A stretch of 64,000 bases of DNA, taken from IMG/VR virus record IMGVR_UViG_3300030330_004701, positions 64,001 through 128,000 of that record; one strand, given 5' to 3'. Shown piece by piece: positions 47,607 through 55,671 of the stretch (positions within the stretch are counted from its first letter, which is position 1; every line of letters begins with the position of its first letter). Under the pieces are notes generated by a model. It saw only the letters and a program-made list of their open reading frames with translations, searched no databases and was not told the origin of the DNA. A program made the position numbers and the translations under genes. The DNA comes from a virus. Its lineage: Duplodnaviria; Caudoviricetes.

Positions 47607-50056
47607 TATTGACAACTCTCACATCCGGGATCTAAAATAGAACATGCCTTAATTTCTTCTGCTTCTGGCTCTTCGGTTGACTTAAAACTAACAGTTGATT
47701 TCTCAACACGAGTGGCAGCTTTGCCTCTCAAGTAGTATGTAGTTTTTAATCCGTTTTCCCAAGCACAAAAATATAAGTCATTCAAAAACTTAAGGCTATC
47801 ATGTTTGTTGTAAAGATTCAGTGACTGTCCCATATCAATCCACTTCTGTCTTTCAGCCGCAGCCTTAATTAAAATCTCTGGTTCAATATCAAAAGCCGTG
47901 ATAAACTCTCGCTGGATGTCTTCATCCAAATCAACCGCCATAACATCTCCGTCTGCAGTTTTGAGAGCATCTACTAGCTCTTGACACCAAATACCCTTCT
48001 TCTTGGCCATTGCAACAAAGTGCTCATTGACCATTGTGAATTCGCCACTAAGCGTTGAATACACATAAAGAATTGAGTAATCTGGCTCAATAGACTGTGA
48101 GCAACCTTGAATATATGAAATGGTTGCGGTAGGGGCGATTGCCATAACATTACTATTGCGCATGCCATGTTTTCTCACTAATTCCCTGACCTCATCCCAT
48201 TCTTCTACAAAGTTCTCGAAGTCCTCTTTCTTATACACATTATCTGACCTGTGAGTCTCTCTCTGGTTCATTAAATCACAATAAGTATCTATAGGAAAAT
48301 TACCTTTATCCCATTCAGAACCCTCAAAAGAGGGGTATGCGCCTTTTTCTTTAGCCAATAATGCCGATGTTTTGATCGCGTGCAAAGAAATAAATTCTTG
48401 TATTTTTCCGCACAATATAACCGCATCTTGCGAATTATATGGTATTCCTAGCTTGTGCAGCACATCATGAGTGCCCATAATGCCAAGTCCTACAGGTCTA
48501 TGCTTTAGGTTAGACTTTTTAGCCTCTTTTGTAGGATAGAAGTTTAGATTAACCACATTGTCTAAGCCTCTAACCGCCACCTCTACAGTTTTTTGTAGCT
48601 TTTTCCAGTCGATTGTACGAACTTTCAAGTGTGACGAAAGATTAATACTGGCTAGATTGCAAACTGCTGTTTCACCTACCTCAATAACTTCTCCCTCTTC
48701 GTATACTGTTGGCTTAGTGTGTAATAATATTTCTGTACATAAATTAGAAGAATGAACTACACCTTCGTGTTTATTAGAATATCTTATATTAGATGGATCT
48801 TTGAAGGTAATCCAAGGATGTCCAGTTTCGTAAAGAGCCGTCAAAACCTTCTTCCACAAATCTTTTGCATTAACAACCCTATGATTTCTAATCTCTCCAT
48901 TGTCTGCTGCTTTCTTGTACTTTCTATAAATTTTAGTAAAATCCTTGCCATAACTATCATGTAGTTCAGGACATTCCGCAGGGTCAAATAGATACCAATC
49001 TTGGTTCTTTGAGACAGCCAGCATAAAATCATCTGGAATCCAAATGGCTGTATTCATGTCGTGACAACGGCGGCGATCATCTCCTGTGTTCTTTCTAAGA
49101 TCTAGGAAGTCTTCAATATCTAAGTGCCAAGGCTCAATGTAAGAACATCCAGCACCTTTTCTCTTTCCCCCCTGATTCACAGCTACCAGCAGGTCATTAA
49201 ATATCTTTAGCCAAGGAACAAGTCCTGTAGACTTTCCATTAGTGCCTTTTATATAGCCGCCTGTAGCTCTTACACTAGACCAATCCACTCCAAGTCCTCC
49301 AGCATATTTCGACAATCTAGACTGTCCATGTAGCGTACCAAAGATACCATCAATTGAATCTCCTACTGTACTCAAGTAGCATGAGGAAAGCTGAGACCTA
49401 CGAGTTCCGCTATTAAACAAGGTCGGTGTTGACGGAGAATACCTAAACTCTGACATCATATTATATATTTCGAGAGCCTTATCTTCTTTATTGTTCCCCT
49501 CAGCAAGACATAGCCCCATAGCTACCCGCATATAAAATGCTTGAGGGGTTTCCATTCTCTGCTCATTTAGGTGGATAAAATAGCGATCATAGAGTGTCTG
49601 GATACCCAAGTACTTGAACAGCTTGTCCCTTGATGGAACCATATTCTCGGCTAGGTAGTCAAGATCATAAGAAAGGAGACTATCACTGAGCCTCTCTTCT
49701 TTTACTAGCTTTTTGATGTTTTTCACAAAAGCTTTTTTATACTGCTCTTCAAAAGTTTCACTGCCTACATCTTCGCCAAAAACTTCTTTGTAAAGATTGT
49801 TGAGTAGCATCCTCGCTGCAACATAAGCATAGTTCGGTTCTTTCTCTATCTTTGAGCGGGCTGATAATATCAGAGCCTTATTAATTTCTGACGTTGGTAT
49901 TTTATTGTATAACTGCAGACTGGCATCAAGAACTACCTCACTGACAGAAACGTCTTCTAATTCCCCACAAGCCCTTTCAACGCATTCGTTAATTTTATCT
50001 AAACAAACATCTTCTAATCTACCATTACGTTTTTTAATCTTTATATCTTGGCTCAT
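47606..50056 (-). CDS. nrdA: Ribonucleotide reductase alpha subunit with ATP cone
   Basis: IKKRNG ATP cone, PSTPTLFNSG, LSSCY, SSNLCTEI, CNLASINL, APTATIS, KTTYYLR, C-terminal CESCQ. Confidence 0.96.
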   Translation of the reverse strand: MSQDIKIKKRNGRLEDVCLDKINECVERACGELEDVSVSEVVLDASLQLYNKIPTSEINKALILSARSKIEKEPNYAYVAARMLLNNLYKEVFGEDVGSETFEEQYKKAFVKNIKKLVKEERLSDSLLSYDLDYLAENMVPSRDKLFKYLGIQTLYDRYFIHLNEQRMETPQAFYMRVAMGLCLAEGNNKEDKALEIYNMMSEFRYSPSTPTLFNSGTRRSQLSSCYLSTVGDSIDGIFGTLHGQSRLSKYAGGLGVDWSSVRATGGYIKGTNGKSTGLVPWLKIFNDLLVAVNQGGKRKGAGCSYIEPWHLDIEDFLDLRKNTGDDRRRCHDMNTAIWIPDDFMLAVSKNQDWYLFDPAECPELHDSYGKDFTKIYRKYKKAADNGEIRNHRVVNAKDLWKKVLTALYETGHPWITFKDPSNIRYSNKHEGVVHSSNLCTEILLHTKPTVYEEGEVIEVGETAVCNLASINLSSHLKVRTIDWKKLQKTVEVAVRGLDNVVNLNFYPTKEAKKSNLKHRPVGLGIMGTHDVLHKLGIPYNSQDAVILCGKIQEFISLHAIKTSALLAKEKGAYPSFEGSEWDKGNFPIDTYCDLMNQRETHRSDNVYKKEDFENFVEEWDEVRELVRKHGMRNSNVMAIAPTATISYIQGCSQSIEPDYSILYVYSTLSGEFTMVNEHFVAMAKKKGIWCQELVDALKTADGDVMAVDLDEDIQREFITAFDIEPEILIKAAAERQKWIDMGQSLNLYNKHDSLKFLNDLYFCAWENGLKTTYYLRGKAATRVEKSTVSFKSTEEPEAEEIKACSILDPGCESCQ

Positions 50057-50227
50057 GAGGTCTCACTGAAATCAAAGGTTAGTATAAGTCTATAAAAAAA
50101 CGACACTTATAACATACAGGGGTAGGAACTTGTCTACTCAAAGTGTATCCCTGTGCCTTTCGGCTTGTCGGGGTAAGTGTCGTTTAGCCTGTTTTCCAAA
50201 ACTGGGCTTTTTTATTCCCCAACGACT
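50057..50227 (-). promoter_or_regulatory. Structured 5' leader of nrdA (candidate attenuator or riboswitch)
   Basis: Perfect 12-bp stem 50098-50109/50174-50185 ending in a U-run; it encloses a GCC-GAAA-GGC hairpin and an ACAGGG/CCCUGU stem. Confidence 0.5.
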
Positions 50228-50232
50228 GTTAA

Positions 50233-50261
50233 ATTATAATGTTCGTTGGGCGGATTTGCAA
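50233..50261 (-). promoter_or_regulatory. Sigma70-type promoter for nrdAB
   Basis: TTGCAA-17 bp-TATAAT on the minus strand; the -10 box is flanked by inverted repeat CCCAACGA/TCGTTGGG. Confidence 0.7.
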
Positions 50262-50275
50262 GATCTAATTAACGA

Positions 50276-50485
50276 CTAGCCGCCAAAAAACGATCTTTTT
50301 TCATCACCATTTTCTTCTCCCGAGGCTGGCTCTGGAGTCGGAGCTGGTGCTGGTGCTGGTTCTGGGTCTTTTGCAACACCCAAGGCTTCCGCCATAGCAG
50401 TAAATACTTCAACAAGCTGCCCATGGCTCTGAGTGCCAAGAATAACCTTGTCTAACATATCTTTGATTACAGCTTTATCCATCAT
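50276..50485 (-). CDS. Small hypothetical protein with PA-repeat linker
   Basis: AGGAG RBS; PEPAPAPAPTPEP. Confidence 0.6.
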   Translation of the reverse strand: MMDKAVIKDMLDKVILGTQSHGQLVEVFTAMAEALGVAKDPEPAPAPAPTPEPASGEENGDEKRSFFGG

Positions 50486-50492
50486 AAATCTC

Positions 50493-50783
50493 CTATTTGC
50501 AATTATGAATTGTTTGTATGATCTTTTCAGTAACAGACAACTGCGTCTGATGAATAGATTCTTCTAACTTGTCCATCTTATTATCAATCTTAGTCTCTAA
50601 TCCGTCAACCTTATTTTCCAAAGAATCCAATCTTCTTGATACAGAATCGTTAACTTTTTCTTCTAACATTGCTAATTTACCCCCATGCTTGACTATAGTT
50701 CTAAGAACCCAAGCAATAAGAGGTAATGCGACCATGCCGAAGAATTGTGCGATTTCTTTTACTAACTCCCATGTATTTTCCAT
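50493..50783 (-). CDS. Membrane-anchored coiled-coil protein (holin/anti-holin-like)
   Basis: TM FFGMVALPLIAWVL followed by heptads; GAGG RBS. Confidence 0.5.
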   Translation of the reverse strand: MENTWELVKEIAQFFGMVALPLIAWVLRTIVKHGGKLAMLEEKVNDSVSRRLDSLENKVDGLETKIDNKMDKLEESIHQTQLSVTEKIIQTIHNCK

Positions 50784-50796
50784 AGCGATCACCTCT

Positions 50797-50830
50797 AAAA
50801 AAATAAGGGGAGAGAAACCCCTCCCCTTTT
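50797..50830 (-). terminator. Rho-independent terminator
   Basis: AAGGGGAG/CTCCCCTT stem followed by TTTTTTT on the minus strand, just after gene 50847-51554. Confidence 0.75.
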
Positions 50831-50846
50831 GAAACCTAAGTAAAGA

Positions 50847-51554
50847 TTACATTCCAGTGATAGGCTTGTAGTCGAAGAAGTCTCCAGAGTTTGCGTCAGA
50901 CACGTCCAGAGTAACGAAATCAACTTTCATAACCAGTTCACCCGGAATAGCTCTAGTTGGGTTTGCAGCGCTATCTGAGAAGTAAGCATTTGCACCGCCA
51001 TCTGGGTTAATCATGCTACTTGTCTGCGCTCCACCAGCATTGTTTAATCGACTTAAACTATCAGGAGAAGCAGCCGCTGTTCCAGCAGAGTTTAGCCAAT
51101 TAATTCTCATATTAGTGATCTTAGCTCCACTATCAAGAGTACCAGTCCAGCTAAACTGGTTGTTTCTCCAAGCTGTGACTAGCTTAGCACCGAATGAACC
51201 ATAGAACTGAGCAATAGAATTTGCAGTGTTTCCTCTGCCCATAGTCAATAGTTGGGTTTTTGAAACGCCAGATAGCGTAGCTGAAGAACGAGCAATAACG
51301 TATTTGCCTTCTTCGCTATAAGCAAAAGTACCAGCAGATAAAGCTTTGGCTACATTGTAGATTCCGCTAGCACCTATACTTGGTAACGTATTGCCATCTG
51401 GAGCTGTTGCTACGCCGTCTAAAAGAGTTAAAGATTTAGTGATAACACTACCAGTGTCATCATTGTTTAGAATTGTGCCGCCTTGTTTTGCTTCAACAAA
51501 AGTACCGCCAGCACCATTAGTTAAGTAGTTGCTTGTTGCACCGGGAACTGCCAT
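50847..51554 (-). CDS. Putative virion structural protein
   Basis: A/G/S/T-rich; AGGAG RBS, its own terminator and an upstream intergenic region suggest high expression. Confidence 0.5.
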   Translation of the reverse strand: MAVPGATSNYLTNGAGGTFVEAKQGGTILNNDDTGSVITKSLTLLDGVATAPDGNTLPSIGASGIYNVAKALSAGTFAYSEEGKYVIARSSATLSGVSKTQLLTMGRGNTANSIAQFYGSFGAKLVTAWRNNQFSWTGTLDSGAKITNMRINWLNSAGTAAASPDSLSRLNNAGGAQTSSMINPDGGANAYFSDSAANPTRAIPGELVMKVDFVTLDVSDANSGDFFDYKPITGM

Positions 51555-51625
51555 TATACATGACTCCTATAAAAAATAAAATATATTTTAATCCTACAGT
51601 TATCCGTATAATAATCCAATTCCTA

Positions 51626-52264
51626 TTATATAGTACACAAATTGCTAAGTATTTTATATGATTTTATTCTAATTCCATAAATATTTGATTTATAAAAAAT
51701 GTTATAATGATCTTGACTCAATATGGGAGAACAGCTAACGACAGGCATTTCTATTTGGTCTTCTATTGTCTTGCAGCAGATTATATTATCTACAATGTCA
51801 TCAACCATTGTTCCTGTTCCTATGACTATTTCTGAAGAGGCGTTGGATTTTAAACAATAACATAAGTCCATGACAAATGCCCAGTCAGAAACCCTGTATT
51901 CTATAACAGGACGAAGAGAGATGTCGTACTGGGCACATGCAGATGCGCACGCTTTAAAGTCTTTTCTTATACTAGCTAAATTAGAAGCCTCTAAGTCATT
52001 CCTGTTTATAACTAAATCAATACTCTTCGCGCCTCTTCTCTTTGCTAAAATTATATCGTGAATCCTAACATTTGTATCAGATAAACCAAAAGGGTAATCT
52101 ACGATGGCAGAGAAGTTGAGGTGTTCCTTAATTAAAGACTCGTCAATTCTAGAGAGAAGTCCTGAAGGCGTACATATGGTATCTACTTTGCTATTAGCAG
52201 AATCAAATATGCACTCCAACACAGAGCTGTAATCAGCTTCGTTACACAAGACTTCTAGTTTCAT
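51626..52264 (-). CDS. DeoC (deoxyribose-phosphate aldolase)-like protein lacking the catalytic lysines
   Basis: IVDYPFG, GAKSIDLVIN, LRPVIE; EIVIGTG in place of FVKTSTG. Confidence 0.7.
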   Translation of the reverse strand: MKLEVLCNEADYSSVLECIFDSANSKVDTICTPSGLLSRIDESLIKEHLNFSAIVDYPFGLSDTNVRIHDIILAKRRGAKSIDLVINRNDLEASNLASIRKDFKACASACAQYDISLRPVIEYRVSDWAFVMDLCYCLKSNASSEIVIGTGTMVDDIVDNIICCKTIEDQIEMPVVSCSPILSQDHYNIFYKSNIYGIRIKSYKILSNLCTI

Positions 52265-52734
52265 TAATCGTTGTCCTCAAATATGGCTAGCGCGCTATTG
52301 ACGGCTCTGCGGGCAGTTTCTCTGCTGTAGCCATTCTTTGCACCTATTTCTACCATTGTCATTCTCTCTAGGTATCTTTGTTTCAAAATCTTCTTCTGGT
52401 CTTCATTCAGGTCTGACAGTAATACCTCTATGTTTTCTTTGGGTGTGTGACAGATGTCAAAAGGTATACCATTTTTTTCTCTGCGTCTGATCCTTAACTG
52501 GTTCATCATTGCGTAATTAAGTTGCTGATAAAGGAATGTCGTGAACTTTACTCCTCTATCTTCGTCAAAAGATTTTAGGCATTTCCAAAGTATTTCTAAC
52601 CTTAAAGACGATATATCATCTGGGTCAACACTTCTAGAATATTTTGCGCAAACAGAGTCCATAATTTTTTTGTAATCAATATTTTCCAAAGCGTCATCTA
52701 AGTCTCTGGATTTCAATTTAAGATCTTTCTTCAT
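52264..52734 (-). CDS. Sigma-70-family RNA polymerase sigma factor
   Basis: LWKCLKSFDEDRGVKFTTFL (region 2); MTMVEIGAKNGYSRETARR (region 4.2). Confidence 0.85.
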   Translation of the reverse strand: MKKDLKLKSRDLDDALENIDYKKIMDSVCAKYSRSVDPDDISSLRLEILWKCLKSFDEDRGVKFTTFLYQQLNYAMMNQLRIRRREKNGIPFDICHTPKENIEVLLSDLNEDQKKILKQRYLERMTMVEIGAKNGYSRETARRAVNSALAIFEDND

Positions 52735-53347
52735 TTGTGCTCCTTAATATGGTTCCACCAATTTTATCACGTAAGTTTTCAAATTTATTCAAATCATCCA
52801 GATATTTATCATTTAATGTATCTGACATGATGTACTCAATTTCTGATGTAGGGCTAATAAATATTGCCCAATAAGGTTTCTCAGAGACTTGGCTTTTTAC
52901 CATTTCTATAGTCTCCTCAACCTCTAAAATTATATCATCTCTACCAGCTATTGTATCTTCTATATCTAGTTTTACAAGGGTAGAATTGAAAAGTTTTCCT
53001 ATTCCTATAAACATTGTGTATCTTGATAATACTTTTATCGACTCTACGCCTTCTATTTCTTCAATCTTTTTCAGCATACTGTTCGTAATATTGAAGGAGG
53101 TGTAGCAAAACCAACAATCCCATCTGTTTGATGGTTTTAACATTGATTCTGCTGCAAATAACCCATAAGGTGTATAAAGAACTTTTGGTTGCGCAGGTTC
53201 AATAGGAGCATATTTTAGCATATTCTCCATCATTTCTATTTCTTCTTCTGTGAGCTGGGATTCTATGATAGAAATTGGATCTTCGCTTAGTATCTCGTCA
53301 ACTATAGCGTTCCAGCTTTCCCAAGCTATCGTGGCTTTCTTAGACAT
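52718..53347 (-). CDS. Hypothetical protein
   Basis: 209 aa, GGAGG RBS. Confidence 0.6.
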   Translation of the reverse strand: MSKKATIAWESWNAIVDEILSEDPISIIESQLTEEEIEMMENMLKYAPIEPAQPKVLYTPYGLFAAESMLKPSNRWDCWFCYTSFNITNSMLKKIEEIEGVESIKVLSRYTMFIGIGKLFNSTLVKLDIEDTIAGRDDIILEVEETIEMVKSQVSEKPYWAIFISPTSEIEYIMSDTLNDKYLDDLNKFENLRDKIGGTILRSTNEERS

Positions 53348-53398
53348 TTTTTAGCCTCCACGTTATGTTTTGAACTTTAGTCTTATATACTATACACA

Positions 53399-53746
53399 CT
53401 AATCAAACTTTACCTGAGTTGGTCTTACAACCAAATCAGATTTTTTTGATTTGTTCTTAAACTCTTCGTAGAAGGTTAAAAACGCAAAGAATTGCTCGTC
53501 TCCACCATCTTCGCCGGCAGAACACTGCCTCTCAATTTCCTTTAAGATTTCTGTTTCATATAGTCCTGAATTAATTTTATGCAACATACTAGCAAAGCCA
53601 GATATATCCTCTAACGAGCTAGCCCATCCGCATTTGAAATATATATCAAAAGTTTCTTCTTCGCAGAATACAGTAAAGTAAGAGCTACTAGAATGAGAAT
53701 CTGGTTGTGGTGAATTTTGATAATGTTCTGACATATCGTTCTCCAA
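53399..53746 (-). CDS. Hypothetical protein
   Basis: 115 aa ORF. Confidence 0.5.
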   Translation of the reverse strand: MENDMSEHYQNSPQPDSHSSSSYFTVFCEEETFDIYFKCGWASSLEDISGFASMLHKINSGLYETEILKEIERQCSAGEDGGDEQFFAFLTFYEEFKNKSKKSDLVVRPTQVKFD

Positions 53747-54074
53747 TAGAATTTAGATTATCTGTATCATTAAGACTTAACATTCTCCCCTTAATGCTAA
53801 AGCCTGCGCAATATGGAAACTGACAGTAGTAGACTACTTCAAACTCTTTATCAGAAATTCTGTAGAAATCTGCTAGCTGGTAGTCTAGCCAATCAGTATC
53901 ATACTTTATGAATTCTGATGACAGTTTTTTTATGCACTCTTCTGTATCTTCAGATAAAAAATAACGACTAATGACTTTAGCATCTTCGTTCAGCAAGATA
54001 CTATTTCTTTGTGCATCCAGTATGTTCTTTGAGCTATCAAACGCTACTGGCAGTATAGATAGTTTAATCTTCAT
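53688..54074 (-). CDS. Hypothetical protein
   Basis: 128 aa coupled ORF. Confidence 0.5.
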   Translation of the reverse strand: MKIKLSILPVAFDSSKNILDAQRNSILLNEDAKVISRYFLSEDTEECIKKLSSEFIKYDTDWLDYQLADFYRISDKEFEVVYYCQFPYCAGFSIKGRMLSLNDTDNLNSIGERYVRTLSKFTTTRFSF

Positions 54075-54312
54075 TGCCTGCTTCTTCAGTCTCTTGGGAT
54101 GCTTTGATGTACTGAGCTTTTAAATCCTGCACAAATTGAAAATTTCCTCTAGCTTCATTGTATCTTTCTAAAGCTGTTGTAAATTCCTCAAAAACTTGCG
54201 GGTGTTCACCAACACCAACGGGTGTTGACATATAAAGCTTCATTGTAAGTCCAGCTTCATCCATCTTTGCTTTATAGTGAGATTCTGCTGCAGATATAAA
54301 GTCAATGTTCAT
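54064..54312 (-). CDS. Conserved small phage protein
   Basis: PVGVGEHP motif recalled from small marine phage proteins. Confidence 0.55.
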   Translation of the reverse strand: MNIDFISAAESHYKAKMDEAGLTMKLYMSTPVGVGEHPQVFEEFTTALERYNEARGNFQFVQDLKAQYIKASQETEEAGNED

Positions 54313-54331
54313 TACGTGTTCCTTATTTATT

Positions 54332-54362
54332 AAAAGAGCCTAGCGCATCATGCGCTAGACTC
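54332..54362 (-). terminator. Rho-independent terminator
   Basis: CTAGCGCA/TGCGCTAG stem, extended by GAG/CTC, followed by TTTT on the minus strand. Confidence 0.6.
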
Positions 54363-54386
54363 AGAATCATGATTCTCAAATGTGTA

Positions 54387-54560
54387 TTATTCCGTTGTAC
54401 GAAGAGAATCACCAACAATCCATGCTACAGCCACTGCTACGATGCTAGTTGCTGTTTCTTCTGGAATACCGATGACATCCTGTAGTGCTACGGTAACAAC
54501 AGTACCGACAGCAGTCCAAAATCGTCTCGACTTCACCAGACTCTTAATTTTATCTACCAT
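54387..54560 (-). CDS. Holin-like two-TM protein (57 aa)
   Basis: Read manually: MVDKIKSLVKSRRFWTAVGTVVTVALQDVIGIPEETATSIVAVAVAWIVGDSLRTTE; AGGAG RBS; KSRRFW holin-like start. Confidence 0.65.
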   Translation of the reverse strand: MVDKIKSLVKSRRFWTAVGTVVTVALQDVIGIPEETATSIVAVAVAWIVGDSLRTTE

Positions 54561-54599
54561 TTTCTATCTCCTATAAAAGATTACTGGTTGACTAAAAAT

Positions 54600-54628
54600 A
54601 TTGTAACATATCTCTACACAATAGGCAA
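54600..54628 (-). promoter_or_regulatory. Sigma70-type promoter upstream of the holin-like gene
   Basis: TTGCCT-17 bp-TACAAT with an extended -10 TG. Confidence 0.5.
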
Positions 54629-54630
54629 GT

Positions 54631-55671
54631 TTATTCCAAGCCTTTTATGAACTTTTCAGCAGAGTTCTTCCAAGAAAATTCTTTTGCGGTATATATACCG
54701 TCAATATTAGATTGTAATGATCCGTTCTGTTTCTGTCTGTGAACAAGTCTCATCTCCTCTACTATTTGCTCAAGTTGACGTTTTCCAAGAGATGCCCACA
54801 TTCCCTGACCATGAAACCAAACACCATCTTGAGCCGGCTCTAAATTATCTATCGAAATAAGATTACAATTTTTTTCATTGCAAAACTCAGTGTGAGCAGA
54901 GTACTCAGTGGCGATGACATGTTTTCCGCAGGCCATCATTTCTAGCAACTCTAGATTCCAACCCTCAGCTCTCGCCGGAAATATGCCACAGTCGGCCTGC
55001 TTCATAATATTGTAGACATCTGTATGCGTGTTCTGTCTTGGGATAATTCTAATCTTGTCGCCTAAAGGAGAATCTTTATAAAGTCTTTCCCATTGTCCCT
55101 GCTGTTCAGGAGAGTAAAACGGATTGTGACACATCATCCACAACTCAACATCGTCAGAATGATCGAAGGCAGCATTGAAACAATTTACCAGTACATCATG
55201 ACCCTTTCTGACTTCCCATTTGCCACAGTTAAAGAATACTGTTTTTGGTCTAGTAGAATCGTGAGGTTTGAAGATTTCTGTGTCTACCCCAAGAGGGACT
55301 ACTCTAGTTTCAACGCCAGTTTGTTGTTCTACTATTTCCTTTGCCCATTTTGAGCAAGTAAAAATTCTGTCATTATATTTGATACTTTGTTTTTCCAGCT
55401 TATTGAATCTTTCAAGCTCAAATATAGGAAAGCCAACGTGCATACCTTTACCAATATGTCCGTGTAGTTCATGTTGATGCCAGATCTTTACAGATGGTGT
55501 TTTCTCATGTGTCGCAGACATGGTTATGTTGCTGATAAACGGATCATTTATTTCGGGTTGGCCTATTGGGATATAGTTTATATTCTGACCTAAAACCAAC
55601 AAACTCTTAATAATATTGTAGCTTGCAACGCCATAACCAAGACTGTTGATTGGTGCTGTTACATTAATCAT
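54631..55671 (-). CDS. Glycosyltransferase family 4
   Basis: GKWEVRKG, FPARAEGWNLELLEMMACGKHVIAT. Confidence 0.9.
   Translation of the reverse strand: MINVTAPINSLGYGVASYNIIKSLLVLGQNINYIPIGQPEINDPFISNITMSATHEKTPSVKIWHQHELHGHIGKGMHVGFPIFELERFNKLEKQSIKYNDRIFTCSKWAKEIVEQQTGVETRVVPLGVDTEIFKPHDSTRPKTVFFNCGKWEVRKGHDVLVNCFNAAFDHSDDVELWMMCHNPFYSPEQQGQWERLYKDSPLGDKIRIIPRQNTHTDVYNIMKQADCGIFPARAEGWNLELLEMMACGKHVIATEYSAHTEFCNEKNCNLISIDNLEPAQDGVWFHGQGMWASLGKRQLEQIVEEMRLVHRQKQNGSLQSNIDGIYTAKEFSWKNSAEKFIKGLE

Noticed and set aside
46599-50056. Introns or inteins in nrdA/nrdB (also checked dnaB and recA)
   Set aside because: The proteins have normal length and contiguous motifs, with no splicing signatures.
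54382-54576. Plus-strand 64 aa ORF
   Set aside because: Antisense to a better-supported holin-like gene that has an RBS, promoter and terminator.
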